Assembly (NCBI GenBank): GCA_965228735.1
Contig: OZ245838.1
Span: forward strand, 1,024,001 to 1,088,000
Reading direction: 5' to 3'
DNA length: 64,000 bases
Source: Planctomycetota bacterium
GTDB taxonomy: Bacteria; Planctomycetota; UBA1135; UBA2386
Of this stretch, positions 1-9,272 are shown piece after piece. The position numbers and the translations under genes are program-made. A model generated the notes under the pieces. It did no database searches and was not told the origin of the DNA. It saw only the letters and a program-made list of their open reading frames with translations. Position 1 is the first letter of the stretch. Every line of letters begins with the position of its first letter.

Positions 1-1
1 C

Positions 2-769
2 GTGGTCAAGGTGTTCAGTGCGGCAACCGGCGCGACCCTGCGCTCCTGGAGCCTACCCAGCACCGCCTTCGGTCGGTTTCTCGACGTCTCCGACGTCGAT
101 CGGGACGGCGTGCTCGATTACCTGTCGTCGGGTGACGGATTGTATCCCGTCGGACTGCGCGTCTATTCCGGTCGTGATGGCAGCCAGATCCTGTTCTTCG
201 AGCCGTTCAATCCAACCGGTGGCTCCAACCCGGCACCAGTCGTCGCCTTGCCGCCGGGGCCGCACGAGCTGTTCGGGCGCTTTCTCTACAACGCCCGAAC
301 AGTGAATCTCTGGGGTGAGCACTTCCTGTTCTCGGAAGCCCCGGCCACAACCCAGTTCGTGGCGAGGGCATGCTCAGGAACGCTGCCTGCGCCGCCCGTC
401 ATTGGGCTACGCGAACTCTACGACCAGAACAACCAGCGTGACGGCTTTCGGGTTCTGCTGTCGGGTGCGCCCGCCGGTGCCGCCGCATTCCTTGTCCTCG
501 GCCTCACCGCGCCAGCCCGGCCATTCGTGAACCTCGGGGCGTTTGGTTTCCCTGGCTGCCGCCTAGTGCCCTGGCCCGACGAAGTGGGCTTATTGCTGAC
601 CGGCAACGGCGGCCTCGATGCCGGCTTTGCCTACCACGAATTCGACCTCCCGCTCGTCGAGACGCCGACGATGGCGGGGCTCGATGTCTTCACGCAGTGG
701 CTCGTGCTCGGAGCAGGCCCGGCGCTGTCAGGCGGAACCAGCGAGGCTCTGCGGATTCGCGTGCAGTAG
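2..769 (+). CDS. 5'-truncated FG-GAP/VCBS-repeat protein ending in the shared two-Cys module
   Basis: FGRFLDVSDVDRDGVLDYL (DxDxDG FG-GAP motif) and VYSGRDG; C-terminal ~135 aa RAC...GFPGCRLVPWP...FTQWLVL...SEALRIRVQ; ORF runs off the window start. Confidence 0.7.
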   Translation: MVKVFSAATGATLRSWSLPSTAFGRFLDVSDVDRDGVLDYLSSGDGLYPVGLRVYSGRDGSQILFFEPFNPTGGSNPAPVVALPPGPHELFGRFLYNARTVNLWGEHFLFSEAPATTQFVARACSGTLPAPPVIGLRELYDQNNQRDGFRVLLSGAPAGAAAFLVLGLTAPARPFVNLGAFGFPGCRLVPWPDEVGLLLTGNGGLDAGFAYHEFDLPLVETPTMAGLDVFTQWLVLGAGPALSGGTSEALRIRVQ

Positions 770-917
770 ATCCGAGTTCGAGATTGGCCGACGCCGGTGC
801 TGCGGATGCTGTCGATGTCCCCCTCAACGCATAGCCGCTACTGCATCGGAACGGTAACCGCAGGCACACACGATTCGCGCATGTGCGGTTGCGGTGTTCT
901 CCGACTTTGAGGGTAAG

Positions 918-1000
918 TGCGGGGGGAGGGACTCGAACCCTCACGACCCGAAGGTCTGCGGCTTTTAAGGCCGCTGCGTCTGCCATTCCGCCACCCCCGC
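918..1000 (-). tRNA. tRNA-Leu(TAA)
   Basis: Reverse complement GCGGGGGTGGCGGAATGGCAGACGCAGCGGCC-TTAAAA-GCCGC...GGGTTCGAGTCCCTCCCCCCGCA: anticodon TAA, long variable arm, TTCGAGT T-loop, no encoded CCA. Confidence 0.95.
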
Positions 1001-1057
1001 GTGTTCAGGGTGGCCGCAGCCGGCGGGCCAGCCTGCGCGTGCCGACCCGGAAGGAAG

Positions 1058-1131
1058 TGGAGGTCGCGCCCGGAATCGAACCGGGGTAGACGGATTTGCA
1101 ATCCGTTGCCTAACCACTTGGCTACGCGACC
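1058..1131 (-). tRNA. tRNA-Cys(GCA)
   Basis: Reverse complement GGTCGCGTAGCCAAGTGGTTAGGCAACGGATTGCAAATCCGTCTACCCCGGTTCGATTCCGGGCGCGACCTCCA: anticodon GCA, U73 discriminator, encoded CCA. Confidence 0.96.
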
Positions 1132-1295
1132 TTGCGGCGAGAACGGTAGCCCGCGGTGGGCGCGGATCAAGGGCCTGTCCCTAGTCCTTGCCCCGGCCCG
1201 ACCGGCGCCATGCAAAAGCGCGGGACGTCGCGCGGGCGTTGCCGTATCGTGCGCGGTCCGACCCCTCGCCGCCATCCGGCGGCGCAAGAAGCCCA

Positions 1296-1538
1296 GTGAA
1301 GACCAAGAAGAACATCCACTTCGAGTTCGCGCAGGAAATGGTGCGCGAGCCGCTGCTCTACAAGATCAACCGCTCCTTCGACGTCGTCGTGAACATTCGC
1401 GGCGCGTCGGTCACCGATGAGGGGGGCTTCATGGCCCTCGAGCTCCAGGGTGAAGAGGACGAGGTCGAGCGCGTGATCGAGTTCTTGAAGGGGCAGAGCG
1501 TCAAGCTCGGGGAGGGGCTCGGGAGCTACGAACAATGA
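1296..1538 (+). CDS. stand-alone NIL-domain protein
   Basis: 80 aa from GTG: EPLLYKINRSFDVVVNIRGASV...GFMALELQGEEDEVERVIEFL, typical NIL pattern; stop overlaps the ggt ATG. Confidence 0.75.
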   Translation: MKTKKNIHFEFAQEMVREPLLYKINRSFDVVVNIRGASVTDEGGFMALELQGEEDEVERVIEFLKGQSVKLGEGLGSYEQ

Positions 1539-3241
1539 AGTTCGCGATCTTCGCCGTGCTCGCGCTCGGGTGGGGCCACGGGCCCGATTCCGGCCACGAT
1601 CCCGGCGCCCGCGCCGCGACCCCCAACGACATGGTCGCGCGCGGCAAGAACGGCGCGGTCGTCACGGCCGAGCCGCATGCGACGGCGGCCGGCCTGCGCA
1701 TCCTGCAGAACGGCGGCAACGCGGTCGACGCGGCGGTCGCGGTCGCGCTCGCGCTCGCCGTGACCCACCCGCAGGCCGGCAACCTCGGCGGCGGTGGCTT
1801 CATGCTCATCCGCATGGCGGACGGCCGGACCGCGGCGCTCGACTTCCGCGAACGGGCGCCCGCGTCCGCGACCGCGGACATGTACCTGCGCCCGGATGGC
1901 AGCGTCGACGCGGACAAGTGCAAGTGGGGGGCTGCGGCAGCCGGTGTCCCGGGCAGTCCGGCCGGGTTGCTGCTCGCGCTCGAGAAGTACGGCACGGCCT
2001 CGATCGCGCGGGTCGCGCGCCCGGCGATCCGCCTGGCGCGGGAAGGCATTCCCGTCAGCCAGTTCCTCGCCGGGGCGTTGCGCGGCAAGCGCGCGATCTT
2101 CGCGCGGTTCCCGTCGACGCAGAAGGTGTTCTGGCGCGACGGCGCGCCGCTGCAGCAGGGCGAGCTGCTCGTGCAGGAGGATCTCGCGGGCACGCTGGAA
2201 CGGTTCGCCAAGAAGGGCCTCGCAGGCTTCTACGGCGGCCAGACCGCGAAGCTCATCGCGGCCCAGATGCAGCGCGATGGCGGCTACGTGACCGAGCGCG
2301 ATCTCGCGGCCTACTCGGTTCGCGAACGCGAGGTGTTGCGCGGTGAGTATCGCGGGCACGAGGTGCTCAGCATGCCGCCGCCGTCATCGGGCGGCGTCGC
2401 CGTGCTGCAGATGCTCGGGATGCTGGCGCACCACGACCTGCGGGCGATGGGGTTCGGCAACAGCCGATCGATCCACCTGCTCACCGAGGTCATGCGCCGG
2501 GCCTACGCCGACCGGTCGCGCTGGCTCGGGGACCCGGACTTCTTCGACGTGCCGATCGCCGGGTTGATCGGCGCCGAGTATGCGAAGGAACGCGCGGCGA
2601 CGATCGATCTCGAGCAGGTCAGCGAAGTCGCGCCCGGCGCGCCGCCCGGCAAGGGTAGCGACGACACGACGCACTTCTCGGTCATCGACAAGGACGGCAA
2701 CGTCGTCTCGTGCACGACGACGATCAACAGCACGTTCGGGTCGGGTCTCGTCGTCGACGGCGCCGGGTTCATCCTCAACAACGAGATGGACGACTTCTCC
2801 GCGAAGCCGGGGGTGCCCAACCAGTTCGGGCTCGTCGGCGGCGAAGCCAACAAGATCGAACCCGGCAAGCGCATGCTGTCGTCGATGACGCCGACGATCG
2901 TGCTCGAGGACGGTCAGGTGCGGCTCGTGCTCGGCGCGCCGGGCGGCGGCCGGATCATCACCGCGGTGCTGCAGGTGCTGCTCAACGTCGTCGATCACGA
3001 GATGGGGCTCGAGCGCGCGGTGCGCGCGCCGCGGATCCATCACCAGTGGCTGCCCGACCGCATCACGTGGGAACCCTTTGCCCTGCCGGGTGATGTCCGC
3101 GAGGCACTCGCCAAGAAGGGGCACGAGTTCGCGGCGCGATCGACGAGCATCGGTCGGGTGCAGGCGATCGAGGTGCTCGCTGACGGCTCGCGCCGGGCCG
3201 TGTGCGATCACCGCAGCGGCGGTTCGGCTGCCGCCTATTGA
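1535..3241 (+). CDS. ggt: gamma-glutamyltransferase
   Basis: GGNAVDAAVA, GNLGGGGF, DFRERAP, nucleophile in DTTHFSVID, LNNEMDDFS, PGKRMLSSMTPT; signal peptide. Confidence 0.95.
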   Translation: MKFAIFAVLALGWGHGPDSGHDPGARAATPNDMVARGKNGAVVTAEPHATAAGLRILQNGGNAVDAAVAVALALAVTHPQAGNLGGGGFMLIRMADGRTAALDFRERAPASATADMYLRPDGSVDADKCKWGAAAAGVPGSPAGLLLALEKYGTASIARVARPAIRLAREGIPVSQFLAGALRGKRAIFARFPSTQKVFWRDGAPLQQGELLVQEDLAGTLERFAKKGLAGFYGGQTAKLIAAQMQRDGGYVTERDLAAYSVREREVLRGEYRGHEVLSMPPPSSGGVAVLQMLGMLAHHDLRAMGFGNSRSIHLLTEVMRRAYADRSRWLGDPDFFDVPIAGLIGAEYAKERAATIDLEQVSEVAPGAPPGKGSDDTTHFSVIDKDGNVVSCTTTINSTFGSGLVVDGAGFILNNEMDDFSAKPGVPNQFGLVGGEANKIEPGKRMLSSMTPTIVLEDGQVRLVLGAPGGGRIITAVLQVLLNVVDHEMGLERAVRAPRIHHQWLPDRITWEPFALPGDVREALAKKGHEFAARSTSIGRVQAIEVLADGSRRAVCDHRSGGSAAAY

Positions 3242-3277
3242 GTTCGCCCGCGCCGTGCGGCAACCTCCCGAGAGCCC

Positions 3278-3958
<681 letters not shown>

Positions 3959-4032
3959 GGCCGCGGCTTCTGCTTGTGTGCCGCCTCGGCAAGCCGCTAA
4001 CCTTCCGGACGAACCGTTGACCCCCGCGACGA

Positions 4033-5007
4033 ATGAGTGACATGGCCTGGACTCGCTTCGGCAAGAAGAAAGACATGCCCGGTGGGCTGTGGATCAAGTG
4101 CGAGTCGTGCGGCGCGATGCTCTTCCGCAAGGAGTTCGAGCAGAAGCACCGCGTGTGCGGCAATTGCAGCCACCACTTCACGCTCAACGCGCGCGAGCGC
4201 ATCGCGCTGACGACGGACGCCGACTCGTTCGAGGAGCTGTGGAGCGACGTCAAGGCCTACGACATCCTCGGATTCGTCGACAAGATGCCCTACGGCGACA
4301 AGCTCAAGGCCACGGGCAAGAAGACCGGCGAGGCTGACGCCATCGTGACCGGCTTCGGCAAGATCAAGGGCATCGACTGCGGGCTCGGGGTGATGAACTT
4401 CGCGTTCCTCGGCGGGTCGATGGGCATGGTGGTCGGCGAGAAGATCGCGATGCTGTGCGAGGCCGCGGTCGAGCGCCAGGTGCCGGTCGTGCTGTTCGCC
4501 TGCTCCGGTGGCGCGCGCATGCACGAGGGCGCGGTGTCGCTGATGCAGATGGCCAAGACCTGCGGCGCGCTGACGCGGCTGGACAAGGCCGGGCTCGTGT
4601 CGATCTCCGTGCTCACGCACCCCACGACGGGTGGCGTCACGGCGTCGTTCGCCTCGGTGTGTGACCTCACGATCGCCGAGCCGGGCGCGCTCATCGGCTT
4701 CGCCGGCCCGCGCGTCATCGCGACGACGATCAAGAAGGAGCTGCCGAAGGGCTTCCAGCGCTCCGAGTTCCTGCTCGAGAAGGGGCAGATCGACCGGATC
4801 GTAGCGCGGTCGGAGCTGCGCGACGAACTCGGTCGCCTGCTCGCGTACGCGACGGGCGCCGATCCGGTCAAGGCGTTCCAGCCCGACGCGGTGGACGAGC
4901 CGGCGGACGACGCGGGCGAGGCCGAGGCCGAGCAGCCCGCGATGGCCGCGGCCGAGGGCAAGGCCGGCAAGCCGGCGCGCCGGAAGACCAAGAAGAAGAA
5001 AGAGTAG
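4033..5007 (+). CDS. accD: acetyl-CoA carboxylase carboxyltransferase beta subunit
   Basis: LWIKCESC...VCGNCSHH zinc finger, GGSMG, SGGARMHEG, PTTGGVTASFA, GFAGPRVI. Confidence 0.96.
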   Translation: MSDMAWTRFGKKKDMPGGLWIKCESCGAMLFRKEFEQKHRVCGNCSHHFTLNARERIALTTDADSFEELWSDVKAYDILGFVDKMPYGDKLKATGKKTGEADAIVTGFGKIKGIDCGLGVMNFAFLGGSMGMVVGEKIAMLCEAAVERQVPVVLFACSGGARMHEGAVSLMQMAKTCGALTRLDKAGLVSISVLTHPTTGGVTASFASVCDLTIAEPGALIGFAGPRVIATTIKKELPKGFQRSEFLLEKGQIDRIVARSELRDELGRLLAYATGADPVKAFQPDAVDEPADDAGEAEAEQPAMAAAEGKAGKPARRKTKKKKE

Positions 5008-5035
5008 TCGGCTGCCGCACGACATCCGGAAGCCG

Positions 5036-6073
5036 ATGCGGCCCGTGCCGCGATCCGACGCGGCGGCGCGCATCCGCGGGCGCTACAAGGTCGAGCCCGA
5101 GGACTTCGTCGTCGAGGAGATCCCGTCGTACCTGCCGAGCGGGCAGGGTGACCACGTCTACCTGCGGATCGAGAAGCGCCTGCTGTCGACGATCGACCTG
5201 CTGAGCGAGCTCGGCGCCCAGCTCGACCGCGATGAACGCGCGTTCGGCATCGCCGGGCTCAAGGACGCCCGGGCGGTCTCGCAGCAGTGGGTGAGCATCG
5301 AGCACGTCGACGAGGCGCAGTGTCGCGAGCTCGGTTCCGAGCACTTCAAGGTGCTCGAGGTGAAGCGCCACGGCAACAAGCTGCGGCTCGGGCACCTGCG
5401 CGGCAATCGGTTCCGCATCACGCTGCGGGGAACGGCGCCCGGCGACGTCGAGCTCGCGCGCGCCGGGCTCGCGGAATGTGCCAGGCTCGGGGTCCCGAAC
5501 TACTTCGGCGAGCAACGCTTCGGCAAGCGCGGCGCCAACCTGCAGAAGGGCCTCGACGTGCTGACGGGCAATCCGCGCAAGTTCGCGCGCCGGATGCCAC
5601 GGCGGGTGTTCGGGCTCGTGGTGTCCGCGGTGCAGAGCGAGATCTTCAACCACGTCGTCGCGGCGCGTCGCCAGTCGCTGCACGAGCTCATGCCGGGGGA
5701 CCTCGCGTTCCTGCACGACAAGGGTGCCGTGTTTGCCGTGACCGACCCGGCCGCGGACCGCGAGCGCCTCGAGCGCGTGGCGATCTCGCCGTCGGGCCCG
5801 ATGCCGGGGCCGAAGATGACGTGGCCCGAGGGCGAGCCGCTCGCGATCGAGCGAGCGGCGCTGGCCGAGCTGGACCTCGATCCCGAGGCGTTCGCCGGCC
5901 TGCCCTACGGGATGGCGCGCGGCGAACGGCGCCCGCTGCGGGTGCCCGTCACGGAGCCCGATGTCGCCGCGGTCGAGGCCGGCCTGCAGGTGTCGTTCGG
6001 GTTGCCGCGCGGGGCCTATGCGACGTCGGTCCTGCGCGAATTGCTCGTCGACACCATCTGGTTCGCGCGCTGA
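5036..6073 (+). CDS. truD: tRNA pseudouridine(13) synthase
   Basis: PEDFVVEEI, AGLKDARAVSQQW, LRGNRFRI, PNYFGEQRFG, LPRGAYATSVLRE. Confidence 0.95.
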   Translation: MRPVPRSDAAARIRGRYKVEPEDFVVEEIPSYLPSGQGDHVYLRIEKRLLSTIDLLSELGAQLDRDERAFGIAGLKDARAVSQQWVSIEHVDEAQCRELGSEHFKVLEVKRHGNKLRLGHLRGNRFRITLRGTAPGDVELARAGLAECARLGVPNYFGEQRFGKRGANLQKGLDVLTGNPRKFARRMPRRVFGLVVSAVQSEIFNHVVAARRQSLHELMPGDLAFLHDKGAVFAVTDPAADRERLERVAISPSGPMPGPKMTWPEGEPLAIERAALAELDLDPEAFAGLPYGMARGERRPLRVPVTEPDVAAVEAGLQVSFGLPRGAYATSVLRELLVDTIWFAR

Positions 6074-6085
6074 TTCAGCTGCGGG

Positions 6086-6475
6086 CTACTTCTTCGCGGC
6101 TTTCTTGGTCTTGGCGGCGCGCTTCTCGGTCGCCGCCTTGCTGCGACCGCTGGGCTTCGTCGTGGCCTGCATCACGTTCTGCCAGGCGTCGGTGACGAGG
6201 TCGGTGATCGTTCTGACGTCGACCGCGGCGACGGTCACGAGCGTGTAGCCGCGCTCCCCCCAGGCGCCGGAGGCGGGGACGATCGCATCGCCGAGTACCT
6301 GTTTGCGCTCGCGCTGCTGGGCCGGCGTCAGCTTCACCATCGCGCGTTTGCCGTCGGGGTTGAGCGATGCGAAGATCCGGCCGTTGCAACGGAAGTCGAC
6401 GACGTCGTGGTGGCCGCCTTGCACGGCACCATCACAGGCCAGCGCGAGCTGGCGGAAGCGCGCGAGCGTGGCCAA
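6086..6475 (-). CDS. MmcQ/YjbR-family protein with Lys/Ala-rich tail
   Basis: DFRCNGRIFASL, MVKLTP..Q, GAWGERGYTLV, LVTDAW; start codon uncertain. Confidence 0.7.
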   Translation of the reverse strand: MATLARFRQLALACDGAVQGGHHDVVDFRCNGRIFASLNPDGKRAMVKLTPAQQRERKQVLGDAIVPASGAWGERGYTLVTVAAVDVRTITDLVTDAWQNVMQATTKPSGRSKAATEKRAAKTKKAAKK

Positions 6476-6479
6476 TCTC

Positions 6480-7271
6480 CTAGTCCTGGCGTGGCAGCGC
6501 GTGGCAGACGTAGGTCGGGTCCTTGAACTGACCCGTGACGTCCTCGAGCGTGTAGTGCGCGCGGTTCTCGATGCGGTCGAAGTCGCAGCACTCGAGGATG
6601 GAGTCCAGACCGGCGGGGCTCATCTGCCACCAGTTGCACTCGTTCCACTCGCCGACGAAGCGCGCGATCGGGCCCTGCTCCTCGGTCTGGAGCGCCGAGA
6701 TGGACACGATCAGGCGGCCATCGGGCTTGCAGCACTCGCGCATGCGCTGGATGCCGAGGATCGGATCGCGCACGTGCATGAGCATCGCGCCGGAGAACAC
6801 GATGTCGAACGTGCCGAGCTCTGCCGCCGTGAGCTCGTAGATCGGCTTGAAGACGCGTCGCGTGCGCGTGCTGCCGAGGGCCTCGCCGACGACGGTGAAG
6901 CCGTCGATCATCACGTCGGCGTTGTCCTTCGCGGCGCGGTCCTGGTCCTTGCTCGCCAGTTCACGGCGCTTGCGCGGCGTCCAGTCGTGGGCCTCCCAGC
7001 TCGGCAACTCGATGCCGACGACCTCGTCGGCACCGCGACGCTCGAACTCATAGGCGAAGAAGCCCGTGCTCGCACCGACGTCGAGCACCCGTTTGCCGCT
7101 CAGGTCCGCCGGGAAGTTGTAGTGGTCGAGGTAGTCGGCCATCCGAAAGTGGCCGGGCGTTTCGACGCCGTCACCGAGATCGATCCGGTGATACCAGCTC
7201 TCGATCTTGGCGACGCGCTCCTGCAGGGTCGCGATCTGCTCGGGGGTGCGGGGTTGTTTGCTGCTCGACAT
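6480..7271 (-). CDS. class I SAM-dependent methyltransferase (DUF1698/CmoB-like)
   Basis: WYHRIDLGDGVETPG, LSGKRVLDVGASTGFFAYEFERRGA, FDIVFSGAMLMHVRDP; start reset to MSSSKQ because the longer ORF reads through the repeat cluster. Confidence 0.8.
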   Translation of the reverse strand: MSSSKQPRTPEQIATLQERVAKIESWYHRIDLGDGVETPGHFRMADYLDHYNFPADLSGKRVLDVGASTGFFAYEFERRGADEVVGIELPSWEAHDWTPRKRRELASKDQDRAAKDNADVMIDGFTVVGEALGSTRTRRVFKPIYELTAAELGTFDIVFSGAMLMHVRDPILGIQRMRECCKPDGRLIVSISALQTEEQGPIARFVGEWNECNWWQMSPAGLDSILECCDFDRIENRAHYTLEDVTGQFKDPTYVCHALPRQD

Positions 7272-7349
7272 TGGCTCGAAGCACCATATCGGCCAGCCCA
7301 AGGGACGAAACTTGAACGTGCCGATCCCCGGAGGTTTGTCGCATCGCCC

Positions 7350-7512
7350 GTACGGAACCAGGTTCATGCTGCCGGCCGCGATTTCGTTGTCGCGCAGGTG
7401 GCGTTCCGGGCGGCCGGCAGCATGAACCAGGTTCCGTACTCCGGGGTCCGTTGTCGCGCAGGTGGCGTTCCGGGCGGCCGGCAGCATGAACCAGGTTCCG
7501 TACTCCGGGGTC
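7350..7512. repeat. REP/BIME-like cluster: perfect 64-bp tandem duplication plus an inverted 30-bp copy
   Basis: 7385-7448 = 7449-7512; 7350-7379 is the reverse complement (29/30) of 7410-7439 and 7474-7503; core palindrome GAACC-A-GGTTC. Confidence 0.85.
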
Positions 7513-7514
7513 GT

Positions 7515-9272
7515 TCAGCGCAATGCCGTGTAGAGCCCGGAGCTGCGCTCCGGCCAGCGGGTGACGCCCGCTCGGAGCAGCTCGGCCTCTGCCACGAGCA
7601 GGGCGCGGCGGCGGGCGCGGGTGATGCCGGTGTAGAGCAGCGGGGCCTGCCAGAGCGGGCCGTCCTCGCTCGGCATCGAGAGTACGACGGTGTCGAACTC
7701 GCTGCCCTGCGACTTGTGGACGGTCATCGCCCAGGCGGTCTCGTGCTCCGGCACGCGGAACGCGCTCACGTAGCGGACGCCGCCGTCCGCGCCGGGGAAC
7801 GCGACCTGCGGTCGGCCGTTCTCGTCGCGGCACGCGACGCCGAGGTCGCCGTTGAAGATGCGGTTCTGATGGTCGTTCGCGAGCACGAGGATCGGGCGGC
7901 CCGGATACCACGGGTCGTCGACCCGGATGCCGTGGCGCGCGAGCAGATCCTCGATCCGGCGGTTCCACGCGAGCGTGCCGCCCGCGCCGTGGCGGGTGGC
8001 CGCGAGCACCCGCAGCCGGCCCAGGTCGGCGACCGCCTCGTCGGCTGACGCGGCGACGATGGCCAGCAGTTCGTCCTCGAGTTCGCGGAGGACCGCGTCG
8101 GGGTCGGTCGCCAGAACGAGATCGGGGTGGCCCGCGTCGAGGACCGCGAGCGCACCCCGGGGATCGCGAAGCGCGAGTGCGCGCGCGAAGTGATCGAGGC
8201 CCGGTTGCGCGCCGAAGCGGTGGTTCACCCGCAGCTGGATGACGTGATCCGCGATCGGCGGCGCGTCGTCCTGCGTCGGCAGCTGCATGCCGGTGGTCTG
8301 CCGGACGAGGTCGGCGAGCGCGCGCCCTGGGCCGCGATCGGCGTTGGCCGCCCGGCAGAGATCACCGAGGACCTGACCGGCGGCGACTGCCGCGAGCTGG
8401 TCGCGGTCGCCGACGAGCACGAGGCGCGCGTCGTCGGCCAGCGCATCGAGCAGCTCGGCGAGCAGGACCGGATCGAGCATCGACGCCTCGTCCACGACGA
8501 CGACGTCGAACGGCAGCGCCCGGTCACGGCCGAACAGGAACGAGTCGTCGAGCGCGCGGTAGCCGAGCAGGCGGTGCAACGTGCGCGGTTCGAGGTCTGG
8601 CAACGCAGCCTGCAGCGTGGCGTCGCTCGCGGCATGCCGCCGGATGGCCTCGGCCATGCGGGCGGCGGCCTTGCCCGTCGGCGCGCAGAGCGCGATGCGC
8701 GGGGTGATGCCCTGTTCGTCCGGCAGGTCGAGGAGCAGCGCGAGGAGTCGCGCCACGGTCGTGGTCTTGCCCGTGCCCGGGCCGCCCGTGAGCAGCAGGA
8801 AGCGCCGGCTCGCGGCCGCGGCGATCGCCGCGAGCTGCCAGTCGGGTTCGACCTCGCCGCCGACCGGGGGCTCGACCGGCAGCTCACCGCGCGCCGCGAG
8901 GGCATCGCGCAGGACCTCGGGGGGGACGGCCGCCGGCGCCGCCAGCCGACTCTGCAGCGCGGTCGCGATGCGCCGCTCGACCGCGAAGTCGCGACGCAGG
9001 TAGAGCCGATCCTCGGCATCGAGAACGAGCGGCAACATCGCCTTCTCGTCGCGCCCGCAAACGCCGGAGGTCAGCAGCCCCTCGCGCAGCGAGTCGGCGT
9101 CGACCTCGCGATCGTGCGCCAGATCGTCGAACGGCAGGCAGACGTTGCCGGCCGCGCGATGGGCGGTCAGCAGTCGCACGGCCTGCGTGACGGCGGGCCG
9201 GGTCGCGTCGGTCGCGTAGCGCGCGAGCGCCCGCCCGAGGACGTCGCCGACGTTCGGGAGCTCGGCCGTCAT
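7515..9272 (-). CDS. recD: exodeoxyribonuclease V alpha subunit
   Basis: PDWQLAAI, TGGPGTGKTT, APTGKAAARM, TLHRLLG, VVDEASM, GDRDQL, AMTVHKSQGSEF, LYTGITRAR; ATGA overlap with the recB stop. Confidence 0.95.
   Translation of the reverse strand: MTAELPNVGDVLGRALARYATDATRPAVTQAVRLLTAHRAAGNVCLPFDDLAHDREVDADSLREGLLTSGVCGRDEKAMLPLVLDAEDRLYLRRDFAVERRIATALQSRLAAPAAVPPEVLRDALAARGELPVEPPVGGEVEPDWQLAAIAAAASRRFLLLTGGPGTGKTTTVARLLALLLDLPDEQGITPRIALCAPTGKAAARMAEAIRRHAASDATLQAALPDLEPRTLHRLLGYRALDDSFLFGRDRALPFDVVVVDEASMLDPVLLAELLDALADDARLVLVGDRDQLAAVAAGQVLGDLCRAANADRGPGRALADLVRQTTGMQLPTQDDAPPIADHVIQLRVNHRFGAQPGLDHFARALALRDPRGALAVLDAGHPDLVLATDPDAVLRELEDELLAIVAASADEAVADLGRLRVLAATRHGAGGTLAWNRRIEDLLARHGIRVDDPWYPGRPILVLANDHQNRIFNGDLGVACRDENGRPQVAFPGADGGVRYVSAFRVPEHETAWAMTVHKSQGSEFDTVVLSMPSEDGPLWQAPLLYTGITRARRRALLVAEAELLRAGVTRWPERSSGLYTALR

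Noticed and set aside
7350..7512. Possible CRISPR array
   Set aside because: Only three units, one inverted, with no series of unique spacers and no cas genes.
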